Below are positions 35,078 through 47,700 of a stretch of DNA of 52,379 nucleotides, piece after piece. Source of the stretch: Octopus bimaculoides (taxonomy: Eukaryota). The DNA lies in NCBI RefSeq assembly GCF_001194135.2, contig NC_068985.1:20360508-20412886 (forward strand), read 5' to 3'. The notes beneath the pieces are model-generated. The model was not told the origin of the DNA. It did not search any database and was given only the letters and a program-made list of their open reading frames with translations. Numbering within the stretch: the stretch's first letter is position 1; every line of letters starts with the position of its first letter. The position numbers and the translations under genes were made by a program.

Positions 35078-35769
35078 GGGAGAGAGAAAGACACATGTAT
35101 GACTGTATAAATATTCACACATGCATATGTACACACACACACACACACATAAAGTAAGTAGTCTTGTGAAGATTTTTTAGGTGGCTGTTAGTTGAAAGCA
35201 ATATACTGTTTGGCACACAACCATATTTTTTTTAATATGCTAGTTACTCCTAGTGAAACATAATACAAATCCTTCATACAGTTAGCTATAGTCATTTCTC
35301 AAAGTAGAAGTTTTTCTACCATTTTTAGTTCCTTCTATATTGTTTGGTATATTAATTATACTAACCAATATACTAGATTTCAGCTAAATATACAAACCAA
35401 TATACTAATTATACCCGTTCATATACCAACCAACTGTGTTTCACCTTTCTCTCCTATTAACATGTCTGGTTGAGTCATTTAAAGAGGACTTTCTGTGTTC
35501 CTTATCTGTTCTTCATTACAGCTCTATTTTTGCAACCACTTTGCCTTTCATCTTGTTTAGTTGGTTGGTTTAGTCTTTAGTTAGGTTACTTGGATGATTA
35601 GTGACACAGTAGTTGATAGATCAGCTACTTCGAGTTACTGTTAACATATTTAATGCAGGACACATCAAAAAGCAAACTAGAAATAATTATGTAGTAAGGA
35701 AAAAGAAAAGCCAATATTGTTTGGGATCTGTTTGGTAAGAATGAACACCACTCATGTTTCGGTATTATT

Positions 35770-36300
35770 ATGACCTCATTAGCGAAGCATACTTCATTGT
35801 ACTTGTCGATGTAATGATTGGTGAATCAGTAAATGAACATGCTACGAATGTCATGGTGGTTGCTTGTTGGTGTATGTTGTATTGTTGAAGACCATCATCA
35901 AGCTAGCTGCATGTATAATAAATGAAGCAACTCATGATCTTTTAATTTTTAACATATTTATTGCTGGACATGATTTACTGTGTTGGTTTGTTTACAAAAG
36001 AAAGATGCTGATATTATAAGCACTGACTGGGAAGGGAGAATTACGCTGGGTCTTGTGGAAGGCTAGCTGTAGTACATCATGAATGTATGAAATAGTTTCT
36101 TGCTCAAGGTGGTGTGTCCGAATGCTTGAGGTGGTCTGGTTTTAGTGGTCTGCCTTCTATAAGTGTCCATTGTGGACTACACAAATGCCTGAGGCCGTCT
36201 GATTGAATTAGGTGCCAAACAGTTGGTAATGCTGTTTTAACAATTTTCAACTCTTTAGTTCCATTCAACGATCTAATTCTATATTGGTATTTTCTACTTT
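35770..36300 (+). mobile_element. Possible decayed hAT transposase core, upstream of the clearer remnant
   Basis: ISEAYFIVLVD (35778) resembles hAT IxxxxxFSxxxDE, and SVHCGLH (about 36162) resembles the hAT CxxH motif. The motif order and strand fit the remnant at 37120-37330. Confidence 0.3.
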
Positions 36301-36594
36301 ATTACATACCCTTAGAAGGACTTCCGAACTCATTACTTTATTCAACAAGCCTCTTAACGTTTTGACCTGTATATTTAGTCTCCTGTGGTGCACTGGTGGC
36401 CATTGACATCTGGAAAACTAGAACAGTGAGATCATACCATTCTTTGATGGACGATCCCATAACATTTCCTTTTGATTTTTTTCACGTCTAAAGTTACAAT
36501 TTTAGATATATGTAAGTTTATACATAGTGACATATTAAGGATGTTTGAAATTAATGGATGTAAAATGCACTTACACACACTCGCATGCATGCAT

Positions 36595-36638
<44 letters not shown>

Positions 36639-36800
36639 ATGTATGTGTGGGCGTGTGTAAGTATGTGTGTAAGCTAATGAAATATTTAATGTAATATAGG
36701 GCAATGATTAATTACATAACTTGTTCGTTGATAACCAAAAGCCAAGAATGAAAGATCATTGCTTCAAATAAATTTTTTTGTAAAATACTTTTGTCGTGTG

Positions 36801-36845
36801 CAACTGATGAAGGAATATTTGGTACCTGAAACGAATTCATAGTTG
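36801..36845 (+). ncRNA. Degenerate hammerhead-like motif
   Basis: CAA-CTGATGA-AGG-(11-nt loop)-CCT-GAAAC-GAATTC-ATA-GTTG. The CUGAUGA and GAAAC cores are intact with a 3-bp stem II and a near-palindromic stem III; the stem I register is off by one nucleotide. Confidence 0.35.
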
Positions 36846-37119
36846 AATTCTATTTAGCACAAGTAAAAGATTTGAAGATTTAAAAAATGTATCTTCTAAA
36901 TTTAGTGACTCAGATTCAAAACATTTTGGCAACGAAGATAATGGGAACAAATTAAAAATTTTATCAGACATTATCCACAGAAATCGTATAAGAGTATTTT
37001 TTCTTTCAAAGATACATATAATGAGATAAACACTAGCAGTATGAAAAATTCACGTGTAGAACTTGATCATCAAGTGTGCACTTAAATTCACAACTGCTAA
37101 TGATGCATTTCATTTATCT

Positions 37120-37330
37120 TAACCTGTCCACATTTTTTTTAGCTTTGTCAACAACAAGCACAATTACAGAACGATCCTTTACCTGGTTTAAGCTCATAGA
37201 TTCATACCTTCGTTGTACAATGGATGAGAGATTGTCTGAGACTTTAGTTTTGCTTTCCGACAGTTGGCATCTGAGATGGATTATGATAAAGTAATAGATA
37301 ATTACTTAACAAAAATGAAGCCTATAAGAA
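37120..37330 (+). mobile_element. hAT transposase C-terminal dimerisation-domain remnant
   Basis: FLALSTTSTITERSFTWFKLIDSYLRCTMDERLS matches the hAT family pattern (PF05699-like) TxxxxERSFSxLKxIKxYLRSTMxxERL; MDYDKVIDNY follows after a frameshift. Confidence 0.8.
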
Positions 37331-37440
37331 AGATGATGAAGTTATTGCATACAATTTCATTTTGTTTGGTTTTGTTTCCATTTTACGCTTAAAATGTACA
37401 ATAATCAAATAACACTTTTTTGTATAGTTTGTGCTAATTT

Positions 37441-37740
37441 TGATTTTAAATACAAATTTATGAGCATACTGTAAAAATGTTCTTATTGATTTTTATTTTA
37501 AATACAAAATAACTGTTATATATTTCCTTTAAAACTGTATTTTCCTGGCATTTTGTCTATGAATACAAAATTATAAGTATGTACTTCTTTTAGAATTTCA
37601 TTTTTCTTGTGTTCTGAGTTTAGATACAAAATATCAATTATACACTTTCTTTAAAACTGTATATTCCTAGTGTTTTGATTTTAGATACAGAATAACAATA
37701 TAGAATAAATCTAAATATATTTCATTTATGTTCTGGCACT
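37441..37740. repeat. Degenerate ~60-bp tandem repeat, about 5 copies
   Basis: The unit TTT(A/T)(A/G)ATACAAAA...AAAACTGTAT.TTCCT.G..TTTTG recurs about every 60 bp just downstream of the hAT stop; probably its subterminal array. Confidence 0.6.
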
Positions 37741-38021
37741 TTTTTCCTGGTAAGAAGAGGAGCAATATAATTGGCATTAGAGATATTTTTGAATTATATG
37801 GTTAAGAGAACGAGTGAAATTCTTGTCAAAAATAGTTAATTCACCTTCATGAATAATCTCAATGATACACTGGAAAGTGAAAGATTATGTTAAGATATTT
37901 TCAGTCTGTGTCTGTTCTGACATTTAAACTGTATGTTGGATTGAACCACATGATAGTTCTAGATCTATTCTTATTTATTATACTTTGAAATATTAAAAAA
38001 AAAAAACGGTGTACACACACA

Positions 38022-38067
<46 letters not shown>

Positions 38068-38211
38068 TCAAATGTGTATTCTTCTTTCTTGCATTATAGC
38101 CTATTTTACAGTATATGCAATATTGTATATGGATATTCCTTTTGCATGTGTTGTCAGGAGTTTAACGTTTAGGGCTCTAATATAACTGGTTATTTGTCAT
38201 GCAGCCTATTG

Positions 38212-38251
<40 letters not shown>

Positions 38252-38354
38252 TTTAGCCTAGTTTCCATGTGGTCCAAATGAGTTCTTATTCTCAGTTACT
38301 GTACTAAGGTATGGTCATGGACCACATCTCGCTCATACGTTAAATGTTAGCATA

Positions 38355-38560
38355 GTTTCTACTGCTGGATGCCCTTACTAACACCAACACTTTGCAGAAT
38401 AGACTTGGTACAGTTTTTCATGGTGGCAGCTCTGTAGAGGTTGTTATCCTCGACAAGACAAGACTAAAGAGCACCTCTAGCCCAACATAGTCTCTGCATG
38501 TTTGCCAACCTCTTTACAAAGTGTAATGGGTGCATTTTATTGTTACACCAGCACTAACAA
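38355..38560 (-). mobile_element. Degenerate RTE 3'-end modules
   Basis: GTTTCTACTGCTGGATGCCCTTACTAACACCAAC, then a second TTTGCCAACC.CTTTACAAAGTGTAATGGGTGC. Confidence 0.65.
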
Positions 38561-39194
38561 GGCTGTTTTTTACTGCAAGGCAAACAGAGCTTTGCTGCTC
38601 GATGTTGTTTCTGTTCTTCTAGGACAACTTGACTATTAAAGTGAGTAATGACAGACACTGAACTAGTGTGAAGGAGAGAATGAAGGGGAAATAAATAAAG
38701 TGAGTTGGGTGACAGTATGGAGGAGGATGAGGAAGAAATGAGAGACACGGTGCTATAGGAGTAATGAAGAAACACAGGAATAATAGGAGGTTATCTCTAT
38801 GGATGTCTGAATAATTAGGCACATGTTTATGTGGTGATGAAACTTCAGGTAATGGCCATGGGAGTCATTAACAGCTAACCTATAAATATATACTGCATAT
38901 GACACTGAAATATTAGACTTCTTTTCTTCACGGTATAAAGTTTATTTCAGGGTTTGAATTATTTGTTTTATTTTTTGCTAATCTAGAACATAATTAGATT
39001 TCTCATGTTCTACTGTTTTACTAAATATGATTTACTTTGTTGTTTTTCGTTTTCTTTCTTTTTATTTTTGATTTTGGTATTATGATCGTGCTTTTCATGT
39101 TTGTTGTACACAATCTTTAATGTATGAATTGTGTTATTTTAATGGATGGTGATTATACTGTGTATGTGTTGTGTTTTTGCCATGTTATGTTATT

Positions 39195-39396
39195 GGTTTC
39201 AAAGTTTGGCACAAGGCCAGAAATTTCGGGTAAGTGGGTAAGTTGGTTACATCGACCTCAGCACTCAACTGGTACTTATTTTATTGACCCTGAAAGGATA
39301 AAAGGCAAGGTCGACCTTGGCAGCATTTGAACTCAGAATGTAAAGATGGATTACATGCTACTAAGCATTTTGTTCAGCATACTAACGATTCTCCCA
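39195..39396 (-). mobile_element. SINE family A
   Basis: GGTTTCAAAGTTTGGCACAAGGCC...GGTACTTATTTTATTGACCCTGAAAGGAT...TTTGAACTCAGAA. Confidence 0.9.
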
Positions 39397-39839
39397 GTGG
39401 TGTTTGTGTAGGATAAGTACTGTGTCATATAGTAGAGTATGGAATGAAGATTGTATAGGCTGTATTGTCTGAGATATCATTATTGTTGCTTAATCTCAAG
39501 TTGGCTTTAATGGAGGAAATCTAAGGTCAAAGAAATTCTAAACAGAAACAACCCATCTTTTTCTTCAGATATAATGTGTTTACAATTGCATTATCCAGTA
39601 CATCCTTCCAAATAGAAAAGGTAAACAGTAGATTCTTGATTCTGTCTAAGCCCTCAGTTCACTTAACATTCAATTTATTATGTGGAAACAGTAAACTATG
39701 ACAGGGATTGTAAGCATATTCGTATCTATTATCTTATTTCTGGCTGTGAGTGCACTTTTTAATATTAGTCTCACCCTCCTCAAATATTCTTTCCCCATTT
39801 TCTCTTTTATATCTGTGTATTATATATTATCAATTTAAT

Positions 39840-40560
39840 CTACTCTTAAGTACTTATATCAATGATTCCATTCTAATTCTATGATTTTAGAGTCTGGATC
39901 AAATTCAAGCTTCTCAGTTTTAATTAGTTTATCTCTCCTCAAAATAGCTTTGCAACATTTGACATTTCACCAAAATTCATGCACAACTTTTGGAAGGTTC
40001 CTCAGCTGGGTATTTCTTCTAAATAGTTTTAAATCATCCATGCAGAAGAGGTGGCTTATTTGTCCATGACATTTGTAACTATCTGTTTCATTTAACAAAT
40101 ATGTTGATGGTATCAAAGCAAGGTTGAAGAGTAGTGGGGTAAGGAGTCTCCTCCAAAGATACCTATTATTACAGATACTGGGTTTCTATATATCAATTTT
40201 TAATCGCCTTAGAAAGATGCACTTGATTTTACTTTAACATGGCATGGTTGACATACTGTCTTAGTATTGAAACTGCTTTATTTATGCAACATCGCCAATA
40301 TTGAAGAGTCTGCTATGCTTTGCTAAGCTTTGTTTTCTCTTCCTACTGTCTTCAGTAACTACCTGTTCATCAATAGATGCTTTTTACATCCTTCTGTTCT
40401 TCTGGTAAGTTAATATTATGTTTCAAATGAGCAACCATCATATTATTCCGAATAGATGTAAGGGTTTTATATGTTGTTAGCAAACACATTGTTATCATCA
40501 GTTTTTACCGGGGGTCTTTAGTGTTGTTGTTTTGCTAATGAATATTGTTTTTCCCTCTAG
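39840..40560 (-). mobile_element. R4/Dong-clade non-LTR retrotransposon, decayed RT domain
   Basis: Minus-strand peptides in RT order across frameshifts: EGKTIFISK, ITMCLLTTYKTLTSI, HLKHNINLPEEQK, GIFGGDSL/TPLLFNLALIP, ISHLFCMDDLKLF, KCCKA and YKYL. These match R4/Dong-type YRPITCLxTxYK, LPEEQKG, GIFQGDSLSPLLF, ISHLLYMDDLKL and YKYLG. Confidence 0.85.
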
Positions 40561-41880
40561 TAACCAATGAGGTGTTAATTCTAATCTATTTACTAATTCA
40601 TTGAATGCTGTTACCACATATTCACGACTACTGGCATAGTGTTTCAATCAGAAAATTATTATTTTTATTTCCAAGATCATCATGAGATATTGAATAGTAC
40701 CTCAATCATTAAAGTCCAAATACTTGCCAGATGTATGGACACGGACACACACACACACACACACATGCATATATTTCAGCTAACATATTAGCATAGTTAT
40801 ATGTGATTGCCTAACTGGAAAATAAATGCTATGAATGCTTGATATTAAAAAAGACTCACTCATATCAAGATGGCAAAACAATACAAAAATTCTCAGATCA
40901 TACCCTCTATGGGCCATAATCAAAATATGGTATAATAAGCAAAAGAAAAAAAAAAGAAAACCATGGAAACTAGAATAGATTAGCTGCCTCTTTCAGACAT
41001 ATGAAGGGATACAGTTAAAAGTTTATGACAGAATTAATAGAAACAGATACTTTGTTTTTGCTGACAGTAACACACAGATACACACACTTTGATATAAAGG
41101 AAACTTCCTTCAAAATTCCTATTTTGTTTTTCACACATTAACTTGTGTACGTTAAACTAAGTAAAACATGGGAGAAAGAAATCTAACTGTTTTTTGCAAT
41201 AAATACATCTAAAGGAAAATGTTTATTGAACCCTTAATATACTACTGTGTGTCCCCAATTTACTATTTTGCTTGCGTGATATGGACTCTGGTAGAGAACC
41301 ACTGTATGAAATGAACCCTTCCTCATTCATATATACACACAGTGAACCAGTGATTGATCCACTTCAAACCTGTAAGCAACCACTACTTTTACCAATCATG
41401 ATATAATATTTTTTTAAAAATTAAAATGTGTGAGACTTTGTAAAGTCAATGCTTATAGATTTAGGCTACAATATTTTTAGACAAAGTTTTGAAAGTGTTA
41501 TCTCTGTTTCTCCATGTTTGAATATTTGTAGAATTGTTTCCTTGTTGATAAAAATATATATATCATATAAAGCTCCTTATGCAGTCCTTTTATGTACACA
41601 CTTCAAGTAACTTCACTTGCTGTAGCTTGTTAAATATAAAGGGGAGCTAAGTGTGGAAAAAAAAATTACTAGCATGAAAGTGATCTTTCTTGTGTAATTT
41701 CCTTCAAAGAATATGCATTTAATCTACTCTATTTACCTCCAGCACAAGGATGGGAAAGCTTTTTAATAGCAGGAGTGAATTGCAGAGGCATAAGAGCACT
41801 GGTGATGCATATGTGCTGAGAGAATAATGAATCTTTTTATTTTATAAATTCAAGCCATGAACACAATCACTTGAAGCAAC

Positions 41881-41975
41881 TTTAATTAAAATGTTATTTT
41901 AATAAACTAGATGGTTAATAAACATTAATTAAAATGTTGCCTTAATAAACTAGATAGTTATAATACATTAATTAT
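41881..41975. repeat. Local tandem duplication of about 44 bp
   Basis: TTAATTAAAATGTT..(T/C)TTAATAAACTAGAT(G/A)GTTA occurs twice, plus a partial third copy. Confidence 0.8.
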
Positions 41976-42892
41976 CAAAGCACTAAGTATTCCTCATTGT
42001 ATTATGCTTTTGATTTACTATATTTTCTTACTATATCTTGTAACTTAATGAGAGCATTGGTTCAGCTTTGCTTTGCTTTGTAAAACAAAGCTCAGAAATG
42101 TTAGAAGGGACTGACGATGTGGTATTTCATAGTTGGTTTACAAGATTATCATCTGTAAGTCATGTGATTCTTTGGGAATTCAGCGTTTTGTTAATATATA
42201 CCTGATGCAATGCCCTACCTTCATTTCAATTATTTTTGAAAATAATGAATTGTTTAGTAAAATAACTTTGTCATTTTTAATCTAATTGTTTGGAACATAG
42301 ATTAATATAAACTTTTGATGGAAAGTTTCCATTTAAATCACTTTAAAACAAAAAAAGTTTTATTGTAGAATCAGTGGCAAGACTCAGGTGGGTGGTCATC
42401 AAAAAAGCTGAGGATTTAATGTTCACATTAGCAAATGGTAAAAAATAATGATTCAATTTTCAATTTATGACTCCAGAAACCTGGATATTTCTCAATATCT
42501 ACATAGAATTCATAAAATTCCAAAAATTCAAAAAACTATTAAATCTAGATATCAAAATATTATCTGATTGTAAATGAATTAACTCAGGTTGCAAGTTGCT
42601 TCAGCTGGCATCACATCAGAGGTGGTTACACATGTTTGTGTTCCAAATTCATAATTTTGAAAATCTTAAAGCCTCTTTTTGGAATTGCTCCAAAAGATTA
42701 AAATACTCTTTGGAATTCTCCACCTTCAGTTATAATTTCTGTCCTTTCAGTGTTGGAAAAAGTATCAAACAGAATTTTTCCAGTTGTGTTAAGTGAACTC
42801 ACAACGTTGATTCAAAGCTATTGTTATTTGTGTACAAACTAAAGTGATATGCCGATTTGGTCTTTGCAACCCTATATCTGGACCAGTTAGTG

Positions 42893-43185
42893 ATCATCAT
42901 CATCATCGTTTAACGTCCACTTTCCATGCTAGCATGGGTTGGACGATTTGACTGAGGACTGGCGAACCAGATGGCTACACCAGGCTCCAATCTGATTTGG
43001 CAGAGTTTCTGCAGCTGGATGCCCTTCCTAACACCAACCACTCCAAGAGTGTAGTGGGTGCTTTTATGTGCTATTGGCACGAAGGCCAGTCAAGCGGTAC
43101 TGGCAACGGCCACACTCAAAATAGTGTATTTTACGTGCCACCTGCACAGAAGCCAGTCCAGCGGCGCTGGTAATGATCTCGCTCG
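42893..43185 (-). mobile_element. RTE 3' end: (CAT)n tail, terminal module and UTR minisatellite
   Basis: The terminal module is linked to the ~63-bp UTR units also seen at 947-1210. Confidence 0.92.
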
Positions 43186-43874
43186 AGAACCAAAAATACC
43201 AAATCATATTACCATTCAATGTCCTTAGTACTTTCTCATTTAATCTTCCAGTTCAGTTGTGAGCCAGAGAACATGACATTGGTAAATTAAATCACACACC
43301 ATATTTTTATTTTCAGTTCCATCCAAATTACTTTAAACACTCTCGTGTTCAATAATTAATCCTTCACAAATATATTTTGTTACATCTTTCATCACATTAT
43401 TCAGTTATAGAAAATCCTCCTCCTCCTTGTTGTCATTGCTATTAATTCATGTTGGCATAGATTAAATGGTTTGATAGGATCTCATGAAGACTGTATCGAT
43501 CACCAAAAATTTTGTTGGTGAAAACCAGTCGACAGTTCTCCAATTCTTTTTCCCTCCCATTTGAGATCCTGCCATGGATGGTGCACTATCTGTGACTATG
43601 CTACAAAGATGGTACAAGGTGGAAGCATCTACACAGTTACATAACCTACTAGAAATAAACTGCTAAATCTTCCTCTAATTAAACACTGCTGTCTTCAGTG
43701 AAGAAAGATACAATGCCCAATACATTCCCTAATGTACAGAAAAAATGAAATGGTCAAAGCTGAAATGCTTTTGATTATGTGTTTGCTTGACCAAGACAGG
43801 CTGTAGCTTTGTAACAACAGTGCTAAGTTTCTCATAGGATAAATAAGAATTAATTATTGCTGATATTCATTATA

Positions 43875-44040
43875 ATCATTTAATATCTGTTTTCCTATGC
43901 TGGCATAGGTTGGACATTTTGGCAGAGTCCACTGAGTCTCAGAGTTGCTTCAAGCCCCCACTGTCAGCTTTGGCATGGTTCTACAGCTAGAAGTCCTTCC
44001 TAACACCAACCACTTTACAGTGTGCAATGGGTGGATCTCT
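43875..44040 (-). mobile_element. RTE 3'-end module, degenerate
   Basis: CCTATGCTGGCATAGGTTGGAC...CTACAGCTAGAAGTCCTTCCTAACACCAACCACTTTACAG. Confidence 0.75.
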
Positions 44041-44275
44041 TGTGATCCCTAGAAGTAGTGAGGTCACCAAGCAACATGCAAAACAAAGAAAAGAAAGGAA
44101 AAGGAAAAAAGCCTCGACTGAGTTGGAGTGTATTTGAGAGAGGAGGAGAAAGAGGTGGCTTCATGCCAGGTATTGAAAGCCAAATGAGCACCCCTGGTAG
44201 TCTCGGGTATCAATTTTAAAGCAAGTAGATGTATTCATGCCATAAAGTTTGTCATATTTCCACATACAAATCATA

Positions 44276-44490
44276 TGAGTGGGTGCTGAAAAGTTCCTGG
44301 CTTTGGGTAAAAGAATTGCAGAAGGGTTGGTTAATTATGATTTTACTCAACATATTCCCTTCTCAGATTCATGCACTTATTGCAGTGGTCTTTCAGTTTT
44401 CCTAAGCCCTGTATAAAAACTCAGAAGTTTGGGCCTCCTGCCAGGCCTTTCGTGATACCCTTAAAGCAGGAACTTTTCAGCATACCCCCC
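44276..44490 (-). mobile_element. mariner-derived MITE
   Basis: TA-flanked TIRs TGAGTGGGTGCTGAAAAGTTCCTGGCTTT / AAAGCAGGAACTTTTCAGCATACCCCCC. The interior retains a mariner C-terminus (KCMNL..GEYVE*) on the minus strand. The TIR is related to the end at 14062-14082. Confidence 0.85.
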
Positions 44491-45448
44491 TAAACAACTT
44501 TACTGTCATTGTTTGTATTTGTATATCTGCTGTCTTATCAGCAACCATCAGGTAACACACAAATTCTGGGACTGCTGATTTCAACAATACTTGGGTATCG
44601 TTTATTATGTCTTTTATACAGTCAGAAACTGTGAACCTTGATAAACCAGCCTGATATTTTCTGAAATTAAAATTCACCCAACAGCAGCTGAATACTTTTC
44701 ACTTTAGCTGTGTGGTTTCACTTACATGCATTAGAGAAAGTATTTTCATTAACATGTCTTTTGAAAATATATTGCTGTTTGTATAAAAATTCTTATAAAA
44801 GTGTTATCTCATCTAAGCACATATACTTCTAATACAAATATATAAATGCTAACATGACAATATATATATATATAGAATATATAGAAGGTAATTATAAGAG
44901 TTACATTTTCCACATGTATGTATATATTATAAAAGGTTGAAGTTGTGAATACAGGAGGCATTTGATAAGGTGTCATCGATACTGCTTTCAAAAGTATTCA
45001 GCATTTGTTTCTTTCACATATACTAATTTTATAGATATTTAATGAATTAGTATTTAACCCTAGACGAAACCTGATTGATCAGAGTTGTGTTCAAACACCC
45101 TTCATTCATAATCATTCGGTCTTTTCGAAATTATCTAAGATTATGTTATTGCATGTTTTTTTCTTCATTGAAGACAATTGGCTGCTATTTCTAGAAGATT
45201 GAGCAACTATCTAGAGGCTCTATCTCCTGACACTTGATATGTGTATTACTACAGAAGATAACATATGACTGGATATCTTTTCTATAATATCTTTTCTATT
45301 ATAAAACATTTTAAAATTCATAGAAGAGCATGCCACTGACAATATGAATCAAGACTATATGCATCAAAATTCACAAGAACCAATGACTTTTTCTGACTGT
45401 TCAGCTTTCTTTCCTTCTCCTTTTCTCTCCCTTTCTGTCTCTATGTCC

Positions 45449-45493
<45 letters not shown>

Positions 45494-46358
45494 NNNNNNN
45501 NNNNNNNNNNNNNNNNNNNNNNNNNNNNNNNNNNNNNNNNNNNNNNNNNNNNNNNNNNNNNNNNNNNNNNNNNNNNNNNNNNNNNNNNNNNNNNNNNNNN
45601 NNNNNNNNNNNNNNNNNNNNNNNNNNNNNNNNNNNNNNNNNNNNNNNNNNNNNNNNNNNNNNNNNNNNNNNNNNNNNNNNNNNNNNNNNNNNNNNNNNNN
45701 NNNNNNNNNNNNNNNNNNNNNNNNNNNNNNNNNNNNNNNNNNNNNNNNNNNNNNNNNNNNNNNNNNNNNNNNNNNNNNNNNNNNNNNNNNNNNNNNNNNN
45801 NNNNNNNNNNNNNNNNNNNNNNNNNNNNNNNNNNNNNNNNNNNNNNNNNNNNNNNNNNNNNNNNNNNNNNNNNNNNNNNNNNNNNNNNNNNNNNNNNNNN
45901 NNNNNNNNNNNNNNNNNNNNNNNNNNNNNNNNNNNNNNNNNNNNNNNNNNNNNNNNNNNNNNNNNNNNNNNNNNNNNNNNNNNNNNNNNNNNNNNNNNNN
46001 NNNNNNNNNNNNNNNNNNNNNNNNNNNNNNNNNNNNNNNNNNNNNNNNNNNNNNNNNNNNNNNNNNNNNNNNNNNNNNNNNNNNNNNNNNNNNNNNNNNN
46101 NNNNNNNNNNNNNNNNNNNNNNNNNNNNNNNNNNNNNNNNNNNNNNNNNNNNNNNNNNNNNNNNNNNNNNNNNNNNNNNNNNNNNNNNNNNNNNNNNNNN
46201 NNNNNNNNNNNNNNNNNNNNNNNNNNNNNNNNNNNNNNNNNNNNNNNNNNNNNNNNNNNNNNNNNNNNNNNNNNNNNNNNNNNNNNNNNNNNNNNNNNNN
46301 NNNNNNNNNNNNNNNNNNNNNNNNNNNNNNNNNNNNNNNNNNNNNNNNNNNNNNNNNN

Positions 46359-46555
46359 TAGGGTGTGGCACTTTTTCACGCAGCTATCCTCATCCATTCT
46401 CACCACATGTCCATACCAGCGCAATCGTCTCTCTTGCACACCACAACTGATGCTTCTAATGTTCAGCTTTTCTCTCAAGATACTTACACTCTGACGGGTA
46501 TTCACATTGACATTACACATCCAACGGAGCATACTGGCTTCATTCCTTGCGAGCT
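46359..46555 (-). mobile_element. RTE C-terminal ORF fragment running into an assembly gap
   Basis: MLRWMCNVNVNTRQSVSILREKLNIRSISCGVQERRLRWYGHVVRMDEDSCVKKCHTL. Confidence 0.92.
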
Positions 46556-46569
46556 TATATATATATATA

Positions 46570-46893
46570 AAGGACCACTCTGTCGATTATGACAACAAGG
46601 GTCCCAGTTGATGCGATCAATGGAACAGCCTGCTCATGAAATTAACATGAAAGTGGTTGAGTACTCTACAGACACATGTACCCCTAACGTAGTTCTCAGG
46701 GAGACTCAGCATGACAAATAGCGTGACAAGGCCAGCCCTTTGAAATACAGGTACTACTCATTTTTGTCAGCTGAGTGGACTGGAGCAACTTGAAATAAAG
46801 TGTCTTGCTCAAGGACACAACGCGTCACCAGGAAGTGAACTCACGACCTTACAATCATGAGCTGAACGCCCTAACCACTAAGCTATGTGCCTT
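46570..46893 (-). mobile_element. tRNA-headed SINE family D, full length
   Basis: Sense strand: A-box TAGCTTAGTGG, loop CTCATGA, B-box GAGTTCACTTCC, then TTGTGTCCTTGAGCAAGACACT...TTGCTCCAGTCCACTCAGCTG and a ~170-bp tail shared with 2655-2752. Inserted in (TA)n. Confidence 0.9.
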
Positions 46894-47628
46894 CACATAT
46901 ATATATGTATCTGTGTGTGTGTGTGTGTATGTAATATATATATATATATATATGTTTATGCTTGTGTGTGTATGTATGTGTATATATNNNNNNNNNNNNN
47001 NNNNNNNNNNNNNNNNNNNNNNNNNNNNNNNNNNNNNNNNNNNNNNNNNNNNNNNNNNNNNNNNNNNNNNNNNNNNNNNNNNNNNNNNNNNNNNNNNNNN
47101 NNNNNNNNNNNNNNNNNNNNNNNNNNNNNNNNNNNNNNNNNNNNNNNNNNNNNNNNNNNNNNNNNNNNNNNNNNNNNNNNNNNNNNNNNNNNNNNNNNNN
47201 NNNNNNNNNNNNNNNNNNNNNNNNNNNNNNNNNNNNNNNNNNNNNNNNNNNNNNNNNNNNNNNNNNNNNNNNNNNNNNNNNNNNNNNNNNNNNNNNNNNN
47301 NNNNNNNNNNNNNNNNNNNNNNNNNNNNNNNNNNNNNNNNNNNNNNNNNNNNNNNNNNNNNNNNNNNNNNNNNNNNNNNNNNNNNNNNNNNNNNNNNNNN
47401 NNNNNNNNNNNNNNNNNNNNNNNNNNNNNNNNNNNNNNNNNNNNNNNNNNNNNNNNNNNNNNNNNNNNNNNNNNNNNNNNNNNNNNNNNNNNNNNNNNNN
47501 NNNNNNNNNNNNNNNNNNNNNNNNNNNNNNNNNNNNNNNNNNNNNNNNNNNNNNNNNNNNNNNNNNNNNNNNNNNNNNNNNNNNNNNNNNNNNNNNNNNN
47601 NNNNNNNNNNNNNNNNNNNNNNNNNNNN

Positions 47629-47700
<72 letters not shown>

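Noticed and set aside
40356-40404. Apparently strong plus-strand exon (long pyrimidine tract, CAG ... CTG|GTAAGT)
   Set aside because: It lies antisense within the R4/Dong RT fossil, whose purine-rich coding strand produces the pyrimidine tract. Exonisation is possible but unsupported.
44477-44677. 66-aa minus-strand ORF with an acceptor-like TTTCAG
   Set aside because: No recognisable homology, an ambiguous donor, and it runs into the mariner MITE TIR.
44940-45005. QEAFDKVSSILLSK resembling the CR1/L2 RT motif KAFDKV
   Set aside because: A single short motif with no neighbouring RT motifs; too weak to call.
46820-46893. tRNA-like sequences with A and B boxes (also in families A and B)
   Set aside because: They are SINE heads: no complete cloverleaf, they continue into SINE bodies, and they occur as multiple decayed copies.
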